Position numbers and translations under genes: made by a program. Source: Guillardia theta CCMP2712 (taxonomy: Eukaryota; Protista; Cryptophyta). Taken from it: a DNA stretch of 64,000 nucleotides. The stretch covers positions 195,511 through 259,510 of the forward strand of contig NW_005434639.1 of NCBI RefSeq assembly GCF_000315625.1, in the 5' to 3' direction. Positions 34,201 through 47,010 of the stretch are shown here, in pieces (positions within the stretch are counted from its first letter, which is position 1; each line of letters starts with the position of its first letter). The notes below the pieces were generated by a model. It saw only the letters and a program-made list of their open reading frames with translations. It was not told where the DNA came from and did not search any database.

Positions 34201-36394
34201 CTGGAAGGGGATGCTCGTCCAGCCATCCACTCATGTTGACGCTGCTCGTCGAGGAGGAGTTGGCCAGCCAGCCTTCCAAGTCCTCGGGGTCTGGGTAGCC
34301 TGACAGCCAGTCATCCAGGTCGAAGCTAACTTGAGCATCCAGCCATTGCGACAGGTCTCTGATCTGCACGCTGCTGCCGTTACCATCGGAGACGTAGGGG
34401 AATTGCTGCTGCTCCTTCAGCCAAGCGTCCACGTCGAACTCGTGATGCTCGTCCAGCCAGCTGCTCAGATCGAACTGTCCCGATTCGTTCCCCGCGGAGG
34501 AGTTTCCTCCAGTCTGCTGCAGCACTGAATGTCTCTGCATGCGAGCAAACTTGCGCTCGAGCTTCTTCCGGAGTGCGCGAGCTTCCAGGCTCTTCACACT
34601 CTCCCACAGAAGAATCTCCTCCATCGTGCTCAGCAGGGCCTGCGGGTCCGCCCGTTGAGCATGGTACCAGACCTCAGCATCCGGAAGATAATCCTTGTGC
34701 TCCTGCAGATAAGTCAGGAACCAATACCTTTCCATCGCGTTAAGTTTACCTGATACCACTGTTCCGCATCGACCCCGTAGTTCTTGTGTTCCTCGTACCA
34801 CCTGCTCATACTAGGCGTGTAGTTCTTGTGCTCCTGGTAGTACTTCTCCGCGTCGACCCCGTAGTTCTTGTGCTCCTCGTACCACCTGCTCATACTAGGC
34901 GTGTAGTTCTTGTGCTCCTGGTAGTACTTCTCCGCGTCGACTCCGTAGTTCTTGTGTTCCTCGTACCACCTGCTCATACTAGGCGTGTAGTTCTTGTGCT
35001 CCTGGTAGTACTTCTCCGCGTCGACCCCGTAGTTCTTGTGTTCCTCGTACCACCTGCTCATACTAGGCGTGTAGTTCTTGTGCTCCTGGTAGTACTTCTC
35101 CGCGTCGACTCCGTAGTTCTTGTGTTCCTCGTACCACCTGCTCATACTAGGCGTGTAGTTCTTGTGCTCCTGGTAGTACTTCTCCGCGTCGACTCCGTAG
35201 TTCTTGTGTTCCTCGTACCACCTGCTCATACTAGGCGTGTAGTTCTATCATATGCAAGTAAGATGAACTTTCGGAAATGAGAGCAATATACCTTCCACTG
35301 TGAGTACCATTCTTCAGTGTCTAGGTACCGGGCAAGCTTGGGAAACGAGTGAAGCAGGACTCTCAACCTCCTTTCTTTCTCCTCCTTCGGCCAGGACCTA
35401 AGGATCTGAACGTTGCGGAACTGTGAAAGCCAGCATACCATGCCACATTTTCCACGTCTTCCCACCAAGGACGAAGCTACTTGGGCAAGGATTTCCAATC
35501 TGCCGTGGATTGCCTTGTCCTGCCTGCGAATGCCATGTTTTTCAAGCCAGTCTGACATATGAAAACCATCCTTGTTCTTGTGCTCTTCAAACCAGTCTTC
35601 AAAGTCGCTCCTCAACTTCGGATTCTCCATGACATGCTTGTACCAGTGCTCAGTGCTTAGAATGCTATGGTCCTGCAACCAGCCCTCGATGTCCTCGGGG
35701 TCCTTGTGAAGCTTCAACCAGCAACCTATCGACATTGACCACACGTCGGCGTTTCCTGAGCAGAGGTGACTGGAGTTGTTGTCTGATCCTGTGCTGTTTG
35801 ATGAAGAGCCGTTGCCATCCAGACCCGATGTGTTCAGCCAGCACGGAGGCTCTCCACATGGTTCCAGGGTCAAGGCTCCGCAACAGGACGAGTTGGTCGA
35901 GTTGGTCGAGCTGCAGTCCAGCTCCATGCACTGATCACAGCCACTGGGGCAGCAGAAGTTCCCTTCGGCACTTGAAACTCCACCGAGATCCTCACATGAC
36001 GTGCTTTCATTCGTGGCATTGGTCTCTAACAGTTCAGAGAAAAGATTCAGAAGCGAGGGCTTCTGAATCGCGCGGCTCTTCGCGGCTAGTATGCCGTGGC
36101 TTCTTGGCATCTTCGACATTAAGTCCGAGACTGGAGAAGATTGTCCGTTCGCCGAGATCTGAGACATGTCAGCGATGGACTGCATAGACATGGATATTAC
36201 CATCAGGATCGCTATGAACGCACACGAACAGCCCAGAAGAACTCCAACTCTCCAGAGCCGAGTGCTCTTGGAGTTGTCTGCAGCAAAAACATGTTCAGTT
36301 CACTGCAGTCCCTGACTCAACCTCCCTGGCATCTCTTACCTGGCAAGATGGTTTCATCGGTTGGGAGGGATCCGTACTTGGTGGTCTCAGACAT
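31239..36394 (-). CDS. Large type-II membrane/secreted repeat protein (Trp/Tyr-acidic repeats, 28-aa tandem array, Cys clusters, C-terminal hexapeptide repeats)
   Basis: MSETTKYGSLPTDETILP|DNSKSTRLWRVGVLLGCSCAFIAILMVIS (signal anchor). In-frame splices link the long ORFs 35226-36203, 34714-35229 and 32996-34801. Small 3' exons give FGDGVVFGNNISFG, FGRNAKFGDGNKFGDKSSFGEGAELG and IGEGAQLGAGASIG. The 3' end is approximate. Confidence 0.75.
34768..35246 (-). repeat. Coding minisatellite, 84-bp unit x ~5.7 (NYTPSMSRWYEEHKNYGVDAEKYYQEHK)
   Basis: The same sequence recurs at 34801, 34885 ... 35221 (period 84). Full units differ only at synonymous positions. Confidence 0.97.
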
Positions 36395-38767
36395 GCTTCT
36401 TGATACGAATGAATCTATCTCCAGTCACCCTGCCCAGTCCGGTCAGCAACCACGTGAACAGACGCGGCATAGTGTTCATTTCATTAACCAGCTTTCTGTT
36501 GATCATATTCTCTCTCATGCTCTAAATTCTCTCTCAACATCTAACCTCCCTTTCTCCTCAACTATTGCTCCATGTCTCCATCTTTCCCTCTCCTCTCTAT
36601 CGTGTCCTTTCCCTTCAACTCACACCTCACTGTCTCTCTCTCCCACTCTCCCTCTCAAATTTCCCCTTTACCCGGCACCTTCCTTCTTCTCCATCTCGCC
36701 CTCCATCCCTCTTCTCCATCTCACCTCCATCCTTCCTCTACTTCTCTCCTTGTATCTTTCCTCTCCTTCTCTCCCTGTCTTCCCCACCATCCCTCCCCTT
36801 CCTCTTCTGACGTCCCCTTACCTCTCACGTCCCCGCCATGGAGCCGATGACCCGGAAATAGACGTGGCCCACATCCCCTACGAATGACCCACCCACCCCT
36901 AGACCAGCCCCTGCACCCCAGCCTGCACCCACACTGCCACCCCTACTGACACCCACCCCGCGCAGCCACACCCCAGCACCCCTATGTAGACACGGGCCAA
37001 CCCCTATTTTTGATATTTACCTGGTACAAACTTCAGTTAACTCACTCCTACACCTCAATGCGGTGGGTTGTAGGCGCCATGGCGATTCATTTTAGGGGGT
37101 TCTGCATGCCATGGCAGAATATCACGAGAAGACTCCAATGAGAATGTTGACGGGTAAAGCAGTGAACCTCACCATGGACAAGCCGAAGGCGCGGAAGACC
37201 AAAACATACCAAGCATGCCAAAAACGAAGAAAGAAGACCAGGATCCACAAGTGGCAAGATGTGCCTGTGCACACATCTTGTGTGCATTTAATCAAAAGGG
37301 TGGCAAGGATTCTAGGCGGGTCTCACCCTCGAAGTGGAATGATGCTGTGGTTTTAAGTTCAAGCGGTTGGATTTCTTGCAATTTCGATGTCCTTCAACTT
37401 TGTCGTTCGAGTGTGAAGAAGGCATTCTTCATGCTTCAGCGACCCAACATCTGAAGTTGAGTCTTGCACATGTATCATCGTTTGAAGTGAAACACAAAAC
37501 AAAAGTCTCTGAAGATGTATCCAATTCTTTGCTTGATTTCTACCTACTCTTCCACCCATCCCCGTGTCATGCCATTTCAATCTTCATACTGGTACAGCCG
37601 TGTACACAGGCCCTTCCGACGACAAAGGTATCACAACACTCTAACAGCGTCAACAAGAATACGATTTAGATCCCCAAAGAGTTCTGTAGAAGTAGATTCA
37701 GCTTCATTTCACAACAACCTTCGAATCATGCACTGTACCTGCGAATAATAACGACCAGGATTTCTTTCAAAAACGGTACCACCATGATATTGGACTTGGA
37801 AGCGACATGTCATCGCCTGCACCAACACAATGATGAAATAGTTCTGATTGCTCCTGACTGTCAACATGCGAATGGCCCTCAGCTGATATCACATGGATAC
37901 ATCAGAATGAGATCCAACTTTCAACCATGTGGTTGTATCCAAAAACATCAGATTGGTGTAGGCTCTCTGCTCTTTTGTGCAAAATGATGTCCGATGTGCT
38001 CTATGAAACTTGACAAATAGTCTGAAAGGCAATCACCCTGTTGCATCGCCCTCAAAACCGAGATCCGATTCTCCTACCATAGTATGAAACAAGGGCCGCG
38101 CTTTCGCTTGCCGCATTCACCGTTCTCAAAGGAATCCAGTCAACTCTGCACTTACATCAGCTCTTATGTCATACATGTCAACACTGAAACGACTTCCTAA
38201 CAACATGGTATGATCGCGTCAAAGGCATCTTCAACGTGCGCCCTGCATTTTCTCCTTCATTGACGCGCGGGTCAATTGTACAGCTACTGAAAACGAGTCT
38301 TTTCGATCACGCTACTGCAACTCAGTTATATAAAGTCAATAAAGATTATAAATTGGCTAAGTCTTCCTGGTCGAAATAGAAAAAGGGAGCTGTTGAGGGA
38401 GGGACAGAGAGGAGGGGGGAGAGGAGGGGGGAGAGGAGGAGGGAGGGAGAGGAGGATGGGGAGAGAGGAAGGACGGAGAGGAGGGACGGAGACTCAGAGG
38501 ATGAGTGGGTAAGGAAGGAGGGAGGGAGGGAGAGTAGGGAGGATGCCTAGGCAGCAGACCCAGACACAAATACACGCAGAGAGACAGGAACAATCACAGC
38601 AATTAGGTAGCGGCACAGCAGCAGTGAAAGAGAATGATAGAGAATCAAAGATAAATTGAAATCACAGAAAGACGGAGACGAGCAACAGGGAAGAGGATCT
38701 GTTTCAACAGCGGATAACTTTTCAACTACAGGCCTGTATCTGCCATTGAGTGCGCTGTTCGTTCAGA

Positions 38768-40981
38768 ATGACAGGGGCTTCTGACAAACCAAGTCACATA
38801 CAGATGCTCATCTTCTTCTCCCTCTTCTTGACAGCATCATGTACTACCTTCGAAGATGCTATCCTAGACGACATGCTGGGAAGCAGCAGCCCTCTCTGCA
38901 CTGGTTCGGGCTTAGGGTCGACGAGTTTCAACTACAAGTTCACCTCTTCCGAGAACACTTCGCGTTGGGCTTCGATGAACAGCAAGTATGAGAAGGACGT
39001 TTTCTTGGCAGAGATGAGTCACGACGATGAGAATCCAAACAGATCCTGGAGGCTTCGGTTTGGAAAGGGAGGAAACATATACAGCTTCGTCGGAGCATAC
39101 GGCGAGTCTGTGCCACCGCAATACCACAATCTTGCCCCGTGGAACGATGAGGTATGGCAGGCAGTCGCGGTAAGCTTGAACTACAACCAGCCGCAAACTC
39201 CATACTACATTCATCAGGCAGGAGATTACCTCAAAGACAACTTGGAGACGCCATTCACCTCCCCCACCCTGGCAAAGTCTTGCAAGGACAATCAGTGCAG
39301 CTTCTTGTCCTGGGGGCAACAGGCTCACATTCCCACCTCATGGCGCAGCTCTGCTTTCTACTACACCCGATACAAAGACTGCGGAGAAGGAGTCCTAGAA
39401 GTTGAATGGTCGATTCACAATGTGGCAAGTCTACCAGAAGGGCACAACTTCCAGTACTACAATGTTCCTTGGGGAGGAGTTAGGACATCAGCCTTGACGA
39501 AGATGCTAATAAGCAGCAAGGACGCTGGGGGGTACACAGGCTTCCAAACTACTCCTCCTTACTCTGACACAACTCAGACCATCCGAAACCTGGATGTGAC
39601 CCTCGGGTACACGACGTTCACGCAGAAGCAGGTCAAGGAGCTAGAGTCAAACTTTACAATGCCATGCGGCAACGCCGCTGGCAGTGAGGTGCCGTGCCCA
39701 CAAACTGGAGCGGAGGACCAGACTTTGCGGTTGGTTAAGAGCGCAAGCTGCACGCTGATGGAAGCTGAGGCCCAGAGGCAACTTGGCCTCCCTCTGACCT
39801 CATGTCCCATTGAAAGTACCGTGACGATCTCGACTGGTTGCGAATATCACAAAGGCTGCTCTCTCGTCTTCACAAACCCCAGCAACGGTTTCTCCATGCC
39901 TGTCCAAGGCGTTTCCAGCTGGGCATGGAAGGGGACGAAGATCCTCTTTTGGACGCAAGTACCGCTGGACGAAGTCAACGCCAACTGGGCAACAGGTGAG
40001 AGCCTCGTCGTCAGCTACTCTCCAGCAGAGGACCCGAAGAAGAACTTGGCGCTGACCTTGGTACATGGGGTTGGATCTGAGCATGGGCAATCATGGACTC
40101 TCAACAGACCCAAAGCCAGGTTGCGGTATGGAGCAACCAACGTCGCGCGAGACTACACTGTTTTCACTGTCGAAGCTTTCTCTGTGATCAGGCCAGGGCA
40201 AACTTACGCTTTCAGGCAGTACTTCATCTCAGATGCGTTCGAAGGGATGCAGGGGAAAGCCTCGCGCTGGGTCAACCAGACTTCACAGAGGTTTTACAGC
40301 GCTGGAACGAGAGCAGGTCGTGATATCTTCCTCTGCTCCTGCGACAATCGCACGTTCGGGGCGACGTTGCAGGAGTGCGACAATGAGAAATCCGTCAAAG
40401 TGTGTGCGGGGAGCTCAACGCCGGGAACAGGAAGAAAGCCCTTGTTTGCTATTCAGTGCGGCGACATCTCCTACGTTGGCAGTGATCCCTACTCCCTCGC
40501 GCCATGGGCCGAGAACAGCTCTGGATACTGGAAGCCTTACATCTGTGCTTCCAGGCCCGGGCTGCGCCCCACGTGGCGGCTGCTTGGGTACTTTGCAGAG
40601 GGGGCTTGTGCTGTGCTGTCATCAGCTCGATTCGGGTCAGAGAAATGTCCTAGCGAGCTGCCGTGGGCACAGTCGGGCCCCTACGACATCTCAGTGTGCT
40701 ACGAGACGTGGAGCTGGGCCAGTCTTGTTCCTGCCGTGAAGGATGGGCAGGCAACAACAGGCGGGTTGGGGGAGCTGATGGTGCCCGGGTGGTATGAGGT
40801 CTGGCTTTGCATGAGAGATCATGTCTGTCCGATGGCAGCGGGGAGAACGGCAGGGCCAGCAACGATGTGTTTCGTGTTCGACGAGAGGGAGAAGCTGTTC
40901 GTCCCATGGTACACCCGAACCTTGTACATAACATCGAAACTGACACACGTTGCTGTCGCAGGGACCTTGCAGAAACTTTGA
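38768..40981 (+). CDS. Intronless secreted ~737-aa protein of unknown function
   Basis: Uninterrupted complex ORF with signal-like MLIFFSLFLTASCT. Globular core WRLRFGKGGNIYS...GESVPPQ...APWNDEVWQ...IHQAG.Y...WGQQAH...YYTRY...NVPWGGVR. Confidence 0.85.
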   Translation: MTGASDKPSHIQMLIFFSLFLTASCTTFEDAILDDMLGSSSPLCTGSGLGSTSFNYKFTSSENTSRWASMNSKYEKDVFLAEMSHDDENPNRSWRLRFGKGGNIYSFVGAYGESVPPQYHNLAPWNDEVWQAVAVSLNYNQPQTPYYIHQAGDYLKDNLETPFTSPTLAKSCKDNQCSFLSWGQQAHIPTSWRSSAFYYTRYKDCGEGVLEVEWSIHNVASLPEGHNFQYYNVPWGGVRTSALTKMLISSKDAGGYTGFQTTPPYSDTTQTIRNLDVTLGYTTFTQKQVKELESNFTMPCGNAAGSEVPCPQTGAEDQTLRLVKSASCTLMEAEAQRQLGLPLTSCPIESTVTISTGCEYHKGCSLVFTNPSNGFSMPVQGVSSWAWKGTKILFWTQVPLDEVNANWATGESLVVSYSPAEDPKKNLALTLVHGVGSEHGQSWTLNRPKARLRYGATNVARDYTVFTVEAFSVIRPGQTYAFRQYFISDAFEGMQGKASRWVNQTSQRFYSAGTRAGRDIFLCSCDNRTFGATLQECDNEKSVKVCAGSSTPGTGRKPLFAIQCGDISYVGSDPYSLAPWAENSSGYWKPYICASRPGLRPTWRLLGYFAEGACAVLSSARFGSEKCPSELPWAQSGPYDISVCYETWSWASLVPAVKDGQATTGGLGELMVPGWYEVWLCMRDHVCPMAAGRTAGPATMCFVFDEREKLFVPWYTRTLYITSKLTHVAVAGTLQKL

Positions 40982-41885
40982 TGATCAAAGGTGCGAGCGC
41001 TTGATAACGGGGAAAGTGAGAAGGAGATGAAGATTGAATGTGGCGATGAAGCCGGGGATTCACCCCAACTTGGCAAACTAGCAGCAAGCCGAGGCTGCAC
41101 TTCTCGTACCGTGCTTGACCAGAAATAGAAACTAACGACGCTAAGATGCTGTGTAGAATAACCTTTGTATTTGATTTGCTAGTGAACACTATTTTTTTCA
41201 TGTTAGGGACCCGACTAAGGAACTTCGGAAGTTGTTCTTTCCGACGGTTCAACGTTCGGTCTGACCATCCCCAGTGAAAGAAGAACCCCAGAAAAGAAAT
41301 CCAGCAAAGTCATATAGACCACTGCATGTACTGACTTCATCTTGCTGTCACGTTCTGCCGTATCATCAGTCATGTCCAACAGTTGTTAGAGTGATGACTA
41401 GTGCCCGTGTCAAGTCATTCCGAGGCGGGCCGATATCTCTTTTTAAAACGCGTGTTTTAGGCTAAGTTTAGGTACACCTGGAGGGGGTGGTATTGCTGGT
41501 CGTCTCGAGGGTAGGGGTAGTCGAAGATTGAGGTCCAGGGGTGGGTCAAATGAAGTATGTAGAAGATAGCGAGACCCAGTAAGAGGGGATGGGTAGGGTG
41601 GTCGGAGGGTAAGCTGGTAACGTAGATGACTTCTGGGGTGGGTGGTAGATGCTGTGCTTGTGGGGTGCGGTAGGAATTGGGGTGGGTGGTCCAAATCTGG
41701 TTCGTAGCCCAAACATCCTGAAGGGGGTACAAATTCCCCCGGGGGGGTAGGGTAATTGACCACTCTGGGTGGGTCATTATCATATGTGCATTGGGGGGGA
41801 AAGGGGGGTAGGGTAATAAGGATACTCTGGAGAGGAGCACCCTCACCACCCACCCACATAAACAACTTTGGGTGCTTTTCTATTA

Positions 41886-41929
41886 CCAAAGGACCCTAGG
41901 CAGCGACTAGTTTTCCTAGGGTCCTTTGG
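41886..41929. repeat. Perfect 15-bp inverted repeat with a 14-nt loop
   Basis: CCAAAGGACCCTAGG (41886-41900) / CCTAGGGTCCTTTGG (41915-41929). Confidence 0.9.
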
Positions 41930-42522
41930 GTATCCCCTACATCTACAAAAATGCTTTTTATTAAGTCCCTGTGTTCCCTACCATGGCGAGATTACCATAT
42001 GTTAGCGCCTTCCCTGCAGCGATCCCCGATGCTGACACTCTCCTTCCCCTCTATACTCGACCTCATCCTTCATCTTAACAAGCTACATGCACATCGGCAG
42101 CCATAGCCTCAGTTAGAAGACTGCACGATCGCATTTGAGAACATTTGTTACAATAGCTTCACAAGTTTCACTGGTTTCATGTACACAACACCCACAAGGC
42201 CTCAGACTCGTTTGAAGCTAATGTCTTGAGCTGATTTCAGATATTAATCACAGTTAGATATGCTCGAAGAATAATTGATCTGGCACAGTGACATTGTAGG
42301 CAGGTTGCTGGAATCTTTATGAAATCGGGGGGTAGGAGCTGCAACACATTTTAGAGCATGGGTTCCTCTCCTTCTACGTTGCTGGTGTTGGAAGGACCCA
42401 ATGGAACGCGACAGATACACACGGGCAATCAAACCTTTCTTGTCACTCGGATGATCAGCCCTTCCGACTCCAGGTCAGAGAAGGACATGCACGCGATACG
42501 TCGCTGATCCTATGGCAGGGAG

Positions 42523-43171
<649 letters not shown>

Positions 43172-43968
43172 CTTCCGACCTGAGCTCGCTGTTCCAAGAA
43201 GAAGGGCAGGAAGCGGTGAGGACGAGGACGCGATAGCCTGCCGCAAACTCACGCGTGATGATGTCAGGGAAGGGCAGCGTCGCTGCTGCAGGAGCCTTCT
43301 CCTCCGTTTCCTCCTGCTTCTCCCACCCTTGTTGCCTCAAGGTGAAGGGAGGGGGCAGTTTGGCCTCTGCTTCTGATCCGTTGCGACGCAAGGCAAGGCA
43401 GTCAAGCACGTGTAGCTAGCACCAGCGGCGTGCGAGAGTTTTCGGTACGGGGAGAACCGTCTGTGGGGAGCACGATTGTTGCATCTTCAGAGGTGAGGAG
43501 ACGGAAGGAGGCCGGTGGGTTTTCTGAGATTGTTTGCTCCACAGCCCACAGACGCAATGAGAGGACGTGTAAGTCTGATAGAAGAAGAGCCTGCCAACCT
43601 TGGCAACTTTGGTATCCTTCAAACCATTGAAAGGTGAGGAGATACTCAGTGCTTCCCATCGTTGTGATGGCTGTAACCCTCCTGCAGCCCCGGGAGCAGT
43701 ATATATCGCAATAACCGCCTGCAGATGCGGAGTAGAAGAAATTCTAGGGTAAAGCCACTCGATCATGCATTGCAAGCCTGTTCTTGACTCGTTTCGACCA
43801 GACTTGTATTATATCATGATTGGCACGCCTGTCAAACAGAAGCACTGTGTATGTAACTGGACACAGAATCGGATGTTGGGCTTTTCCTGGGATTGTGCAG
43901 ATATTCATTCAACCATATGATATTCTTCCTTGCGCTTATTAGTTACAAGTTTCCCTCAGTCAGGCAGT

Positions 43969-45366
43969 CTAGCTGTTAGGCATCCTCAAGTCTGCCAGAA
44001 AACAAACATCAATGTAATGAACCAATAGTTGAACCGACAAAGCTGGCACACACGAGCAACCACAGCAAGGAGATTGACTTGTCATGATGGTTGTGGATAC
44101 CGTAGTCGACGAAGTCCACCAGCCGGTCGTTGTCGTACATTGCGTCCTCCAATGCCTTTGTCCCACTGAGCCCGATGTCGTTTGATGCTGTGATCAAACA
44201 CCGCATCGACGAGCTAGGATGGCGTCAGATTCCGCCAGGGACCAGGAGGAAGGAGGACGAGGACTAGGAAGTGGGAAAGAGGAGGAGAAGATGAGGAAGC
44301 GGGCAGGAGGAGGAGGAGGAGGAGGAGGAGGAGACAAGCAGGAGTGACCTCTTCCGTGATGCACGTGCAAGGCAGATGGCTCCTTCGTCGCGGATGTAGT
44401 TGGCTCTGCAACAGGAGGTCAGTGGACGTCAGACCGGCACATCCGTTTCCGCACTTGAGGTTGACGACTGCGATGACGAAGTTGTTCTCTATGGCTTCAG
44501 CGATGCTTCTAGCCCCCTGGTCGGAGATGCCGCATGCTGGATGGAGACTCAGGTCCTCTGCTGCAACGGCTCGTTCTCACCGTGCGCGTCGAGGTAGGTC
44601 AGGGTGCTGTTGAGCTTGAGGGCCGTCGCGATCTCTGCGATGCCTTCGTCTCTGATGTCGTTGGTACTGTAGCAATCAATATCAGGTCTTGCAAGGAAGA
44701 GGTCGAGGTCGAGGAGGAGGAGGAGGAGGAGGAGGAGGAGGAGGAGGAGGAGGAGGAGGAACATAATGAGGAGGGGGGTGGGGAGGAGGAGGAACACAAG
44801 GATGAGGAGGAGGAGGAAGAGTCGGTGATAAGGGGAGGGGTAAAGTCTGTCCTCAGGGAAGGTTTCTATCGACTCAAGAGGAGGAGGGAGGAGAGGCAAG
44901 CTACAACCTGATATCAAGGTACATCAACTTGGTGTTGGACTGCCAAACTTGTTGAGCATTGCTGTGCGCTCGCAAACAATCATCACCGTCAGAGCTCGTC
45001 CTATCTGAGTTGCTCCCAACTTGCTGATGTTGTTGCAGCTCAAGTCAAGTCCCTCAAGGCTAAGACCACGATCACTTCTCCTCCTTCTCCACCTCCACTC
45101 CTCTCTCACTTCTTGCATGTCCCAGTCTTTAACAAGCTCCCAAGCTCCCCAGCTCCTTCATCTCCGACCTGCTTGAACGCCAGCCGGAGGATTTTGCAGT
45201 CTCCTCGACTCTCTATCAACTCCTTGAACGCGTTCTGAACAGCAGTCAGCCCTTGCAGCGTCGGGCACTTGCTGACCGTGTATCTAGGAACTAGCCCGCC
45301 TGGGTTCGAGCTCGACAGCGCTCTGACATCTTCAACAGCAGAAGCGTCAAGATGAAGGAGCAACAT
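43969..45366 (-). CDS. RNI-like (ribonuclease-inhibitor type) leucine-rich-repeat protein, multi-exon
   Basis: 28-29-aa LRR units: LRLAFKQVGDEGAGELGSLL, LEGLDLSCNNISKLGATQIGRAL, NDIRDEGIAEIATALKLNSTLTYLD and NDIGLSGTKALEDAM. Both ends are approximate. Confidence 0.8.
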
Positions 45367-45401
45367 CAAGACACGGGAAAGCTAACAACGACGTGGCAAG
45401 A

Positions 45402-46947
45402 TCATAACAGCATGCACATGGGAAGAAGACACATGAACAAAGTTTGAGCAGCACCATCAAACCCGAGACAGTCAGACGTCACAGCCATGGAACACCAAGT
45501 CGAGCATGCGCATGCCAATGTCCCACCCTCAGGGATCGTCCCAGGTACTCTAACGCCGTCTCCGGCATCTCCGAACCCATCGAGCTGGTCCTCCTGAAGG
45601 CAACCAGTCATTCCTCCTCCTCCTCCTCCTCCTCCTCCTCCCCTCCCTCTTCCTCTCCCTCTCCCTCTCCCTCTCCCTCTCCCTCTCCCTCTCCCTCTCC
45701 CTCTCCCCCTCCCTCTCCCTCTCCCTCTCCCCGTCTCCCTCGTCCTCCCCCCGCCCCCCTCCCGGTAATCATACTTGACTCTCTGTCTTCTGCGAAGCAA
45801 GAGCATCAGTGGGATGTAACAACGTGTCTGTCAGACACTACTACCTTCTCGTCTCCCACCGCCAGCGGAACTTCCTTGAGGTCCTACATAGCGGCGACTC
45901 AGTACTGCCTCCTCCCTGCCACCCGTCCCTGTCTCACCCGTATGGTCGGTCGTTTCTTCACCCCCTCTGCCATCTTCTTCCTCCTCCTGCTTCTGCTCCC
46001 CTTGCTTGTCTCCCCTCCCCTCCCCTTTGCTCCTCCTGCCCCCTTCCGAAAGTTCCGCGCGAAATTTTAAAAAACCCGGATGAGTCCCGTCTGCCCCCTC
46101 CCCTGCTAATGCCTCCTCCCCGACCGGCCGCTCCTCTCCCGGGCATGTCGCGCGCCCTACTGCCTTCCCATGTCCCTGCCATGATATCCTCCCTCCTCCT
46201 CCCTCTCCTCCTCCCTCTCCTCCTCCGTCCCTCACTGTCTCCTTCCGTCCCTTCCTCCTCCTCTTCGTCTTCCTCCCCTCATTGCTGGTGATGTTTCTTT
46301 TTTTTATTCTTCCTCGCTTGCTAGGGTTAAGAACATCAGGGGACTCTTCGACACGGACAGCATGACGGGAAGCTTGTCGACCTGCTTGTCCACCATGCTG
46401 AGGAAGAAGAGGAGAAGTGAGAGGAGAAGCAAACTGATAACGATCAAGACAGCATGAAGAAGAAACGTAGCGCAGGGAAGGAGAGAGCGAGCAGAGGAGC
46501 GTGCGGCAACAGTACAAGTCACCTCCTTGGAACACGAGACAGGCATGCCGTGATGTCTCTCTTGGGGTTGAACTTCTTGAAACCTGACGCAACTTCAGTC
46601 CAACCCTGCCCCTCCCCCTCCTCCCCCTCCTCCTCCTCTCACGAGTTTCCGCAATCCTCCGGCCTGATTCCACGTCCCATCCTCTCAGCACTCCGTCCAC
46701 CCCGCAAGCATACAGAACCCTTCGTTGGAACAGCATCAGACTAGGTCGGCAACCCACCGCCTTGCATGCCTTTCTTCATGGTCGAGGACCGGGCGGACAA
46801 CGGAATGGCTGCCATGGCGATGAGTCCTCGACTAGCAACACCTTGCCGACAGCCTCCTACCTGTTCTGATGTCCTTCATATGCCATCGTCGGCCGTGCTG
46901 TTGAGGATTGGGAGTGAGACGGGAGGACCGCGGGAGGAACAGGCAGG

Positions 46948-47010
<63 letters not shown>

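Noticed and set aside
34768-35246. Regular array resembling CRISPR
   Set aside because: The units are identical with no unique spacers, the period is a multiple of 3, it is coding and in a eukaryotic context, and no cas genes are present.
37087-38260. Possible multi-exon minus-strand gene
   Set aside because: Splice-like signals are present, but I could not assemble a consistent frame or recognise a domain.
43172-43800. Overlapping short ORFs between the RING and LRR genes
   Set aside because: No recognisable product or convincing exon chain.
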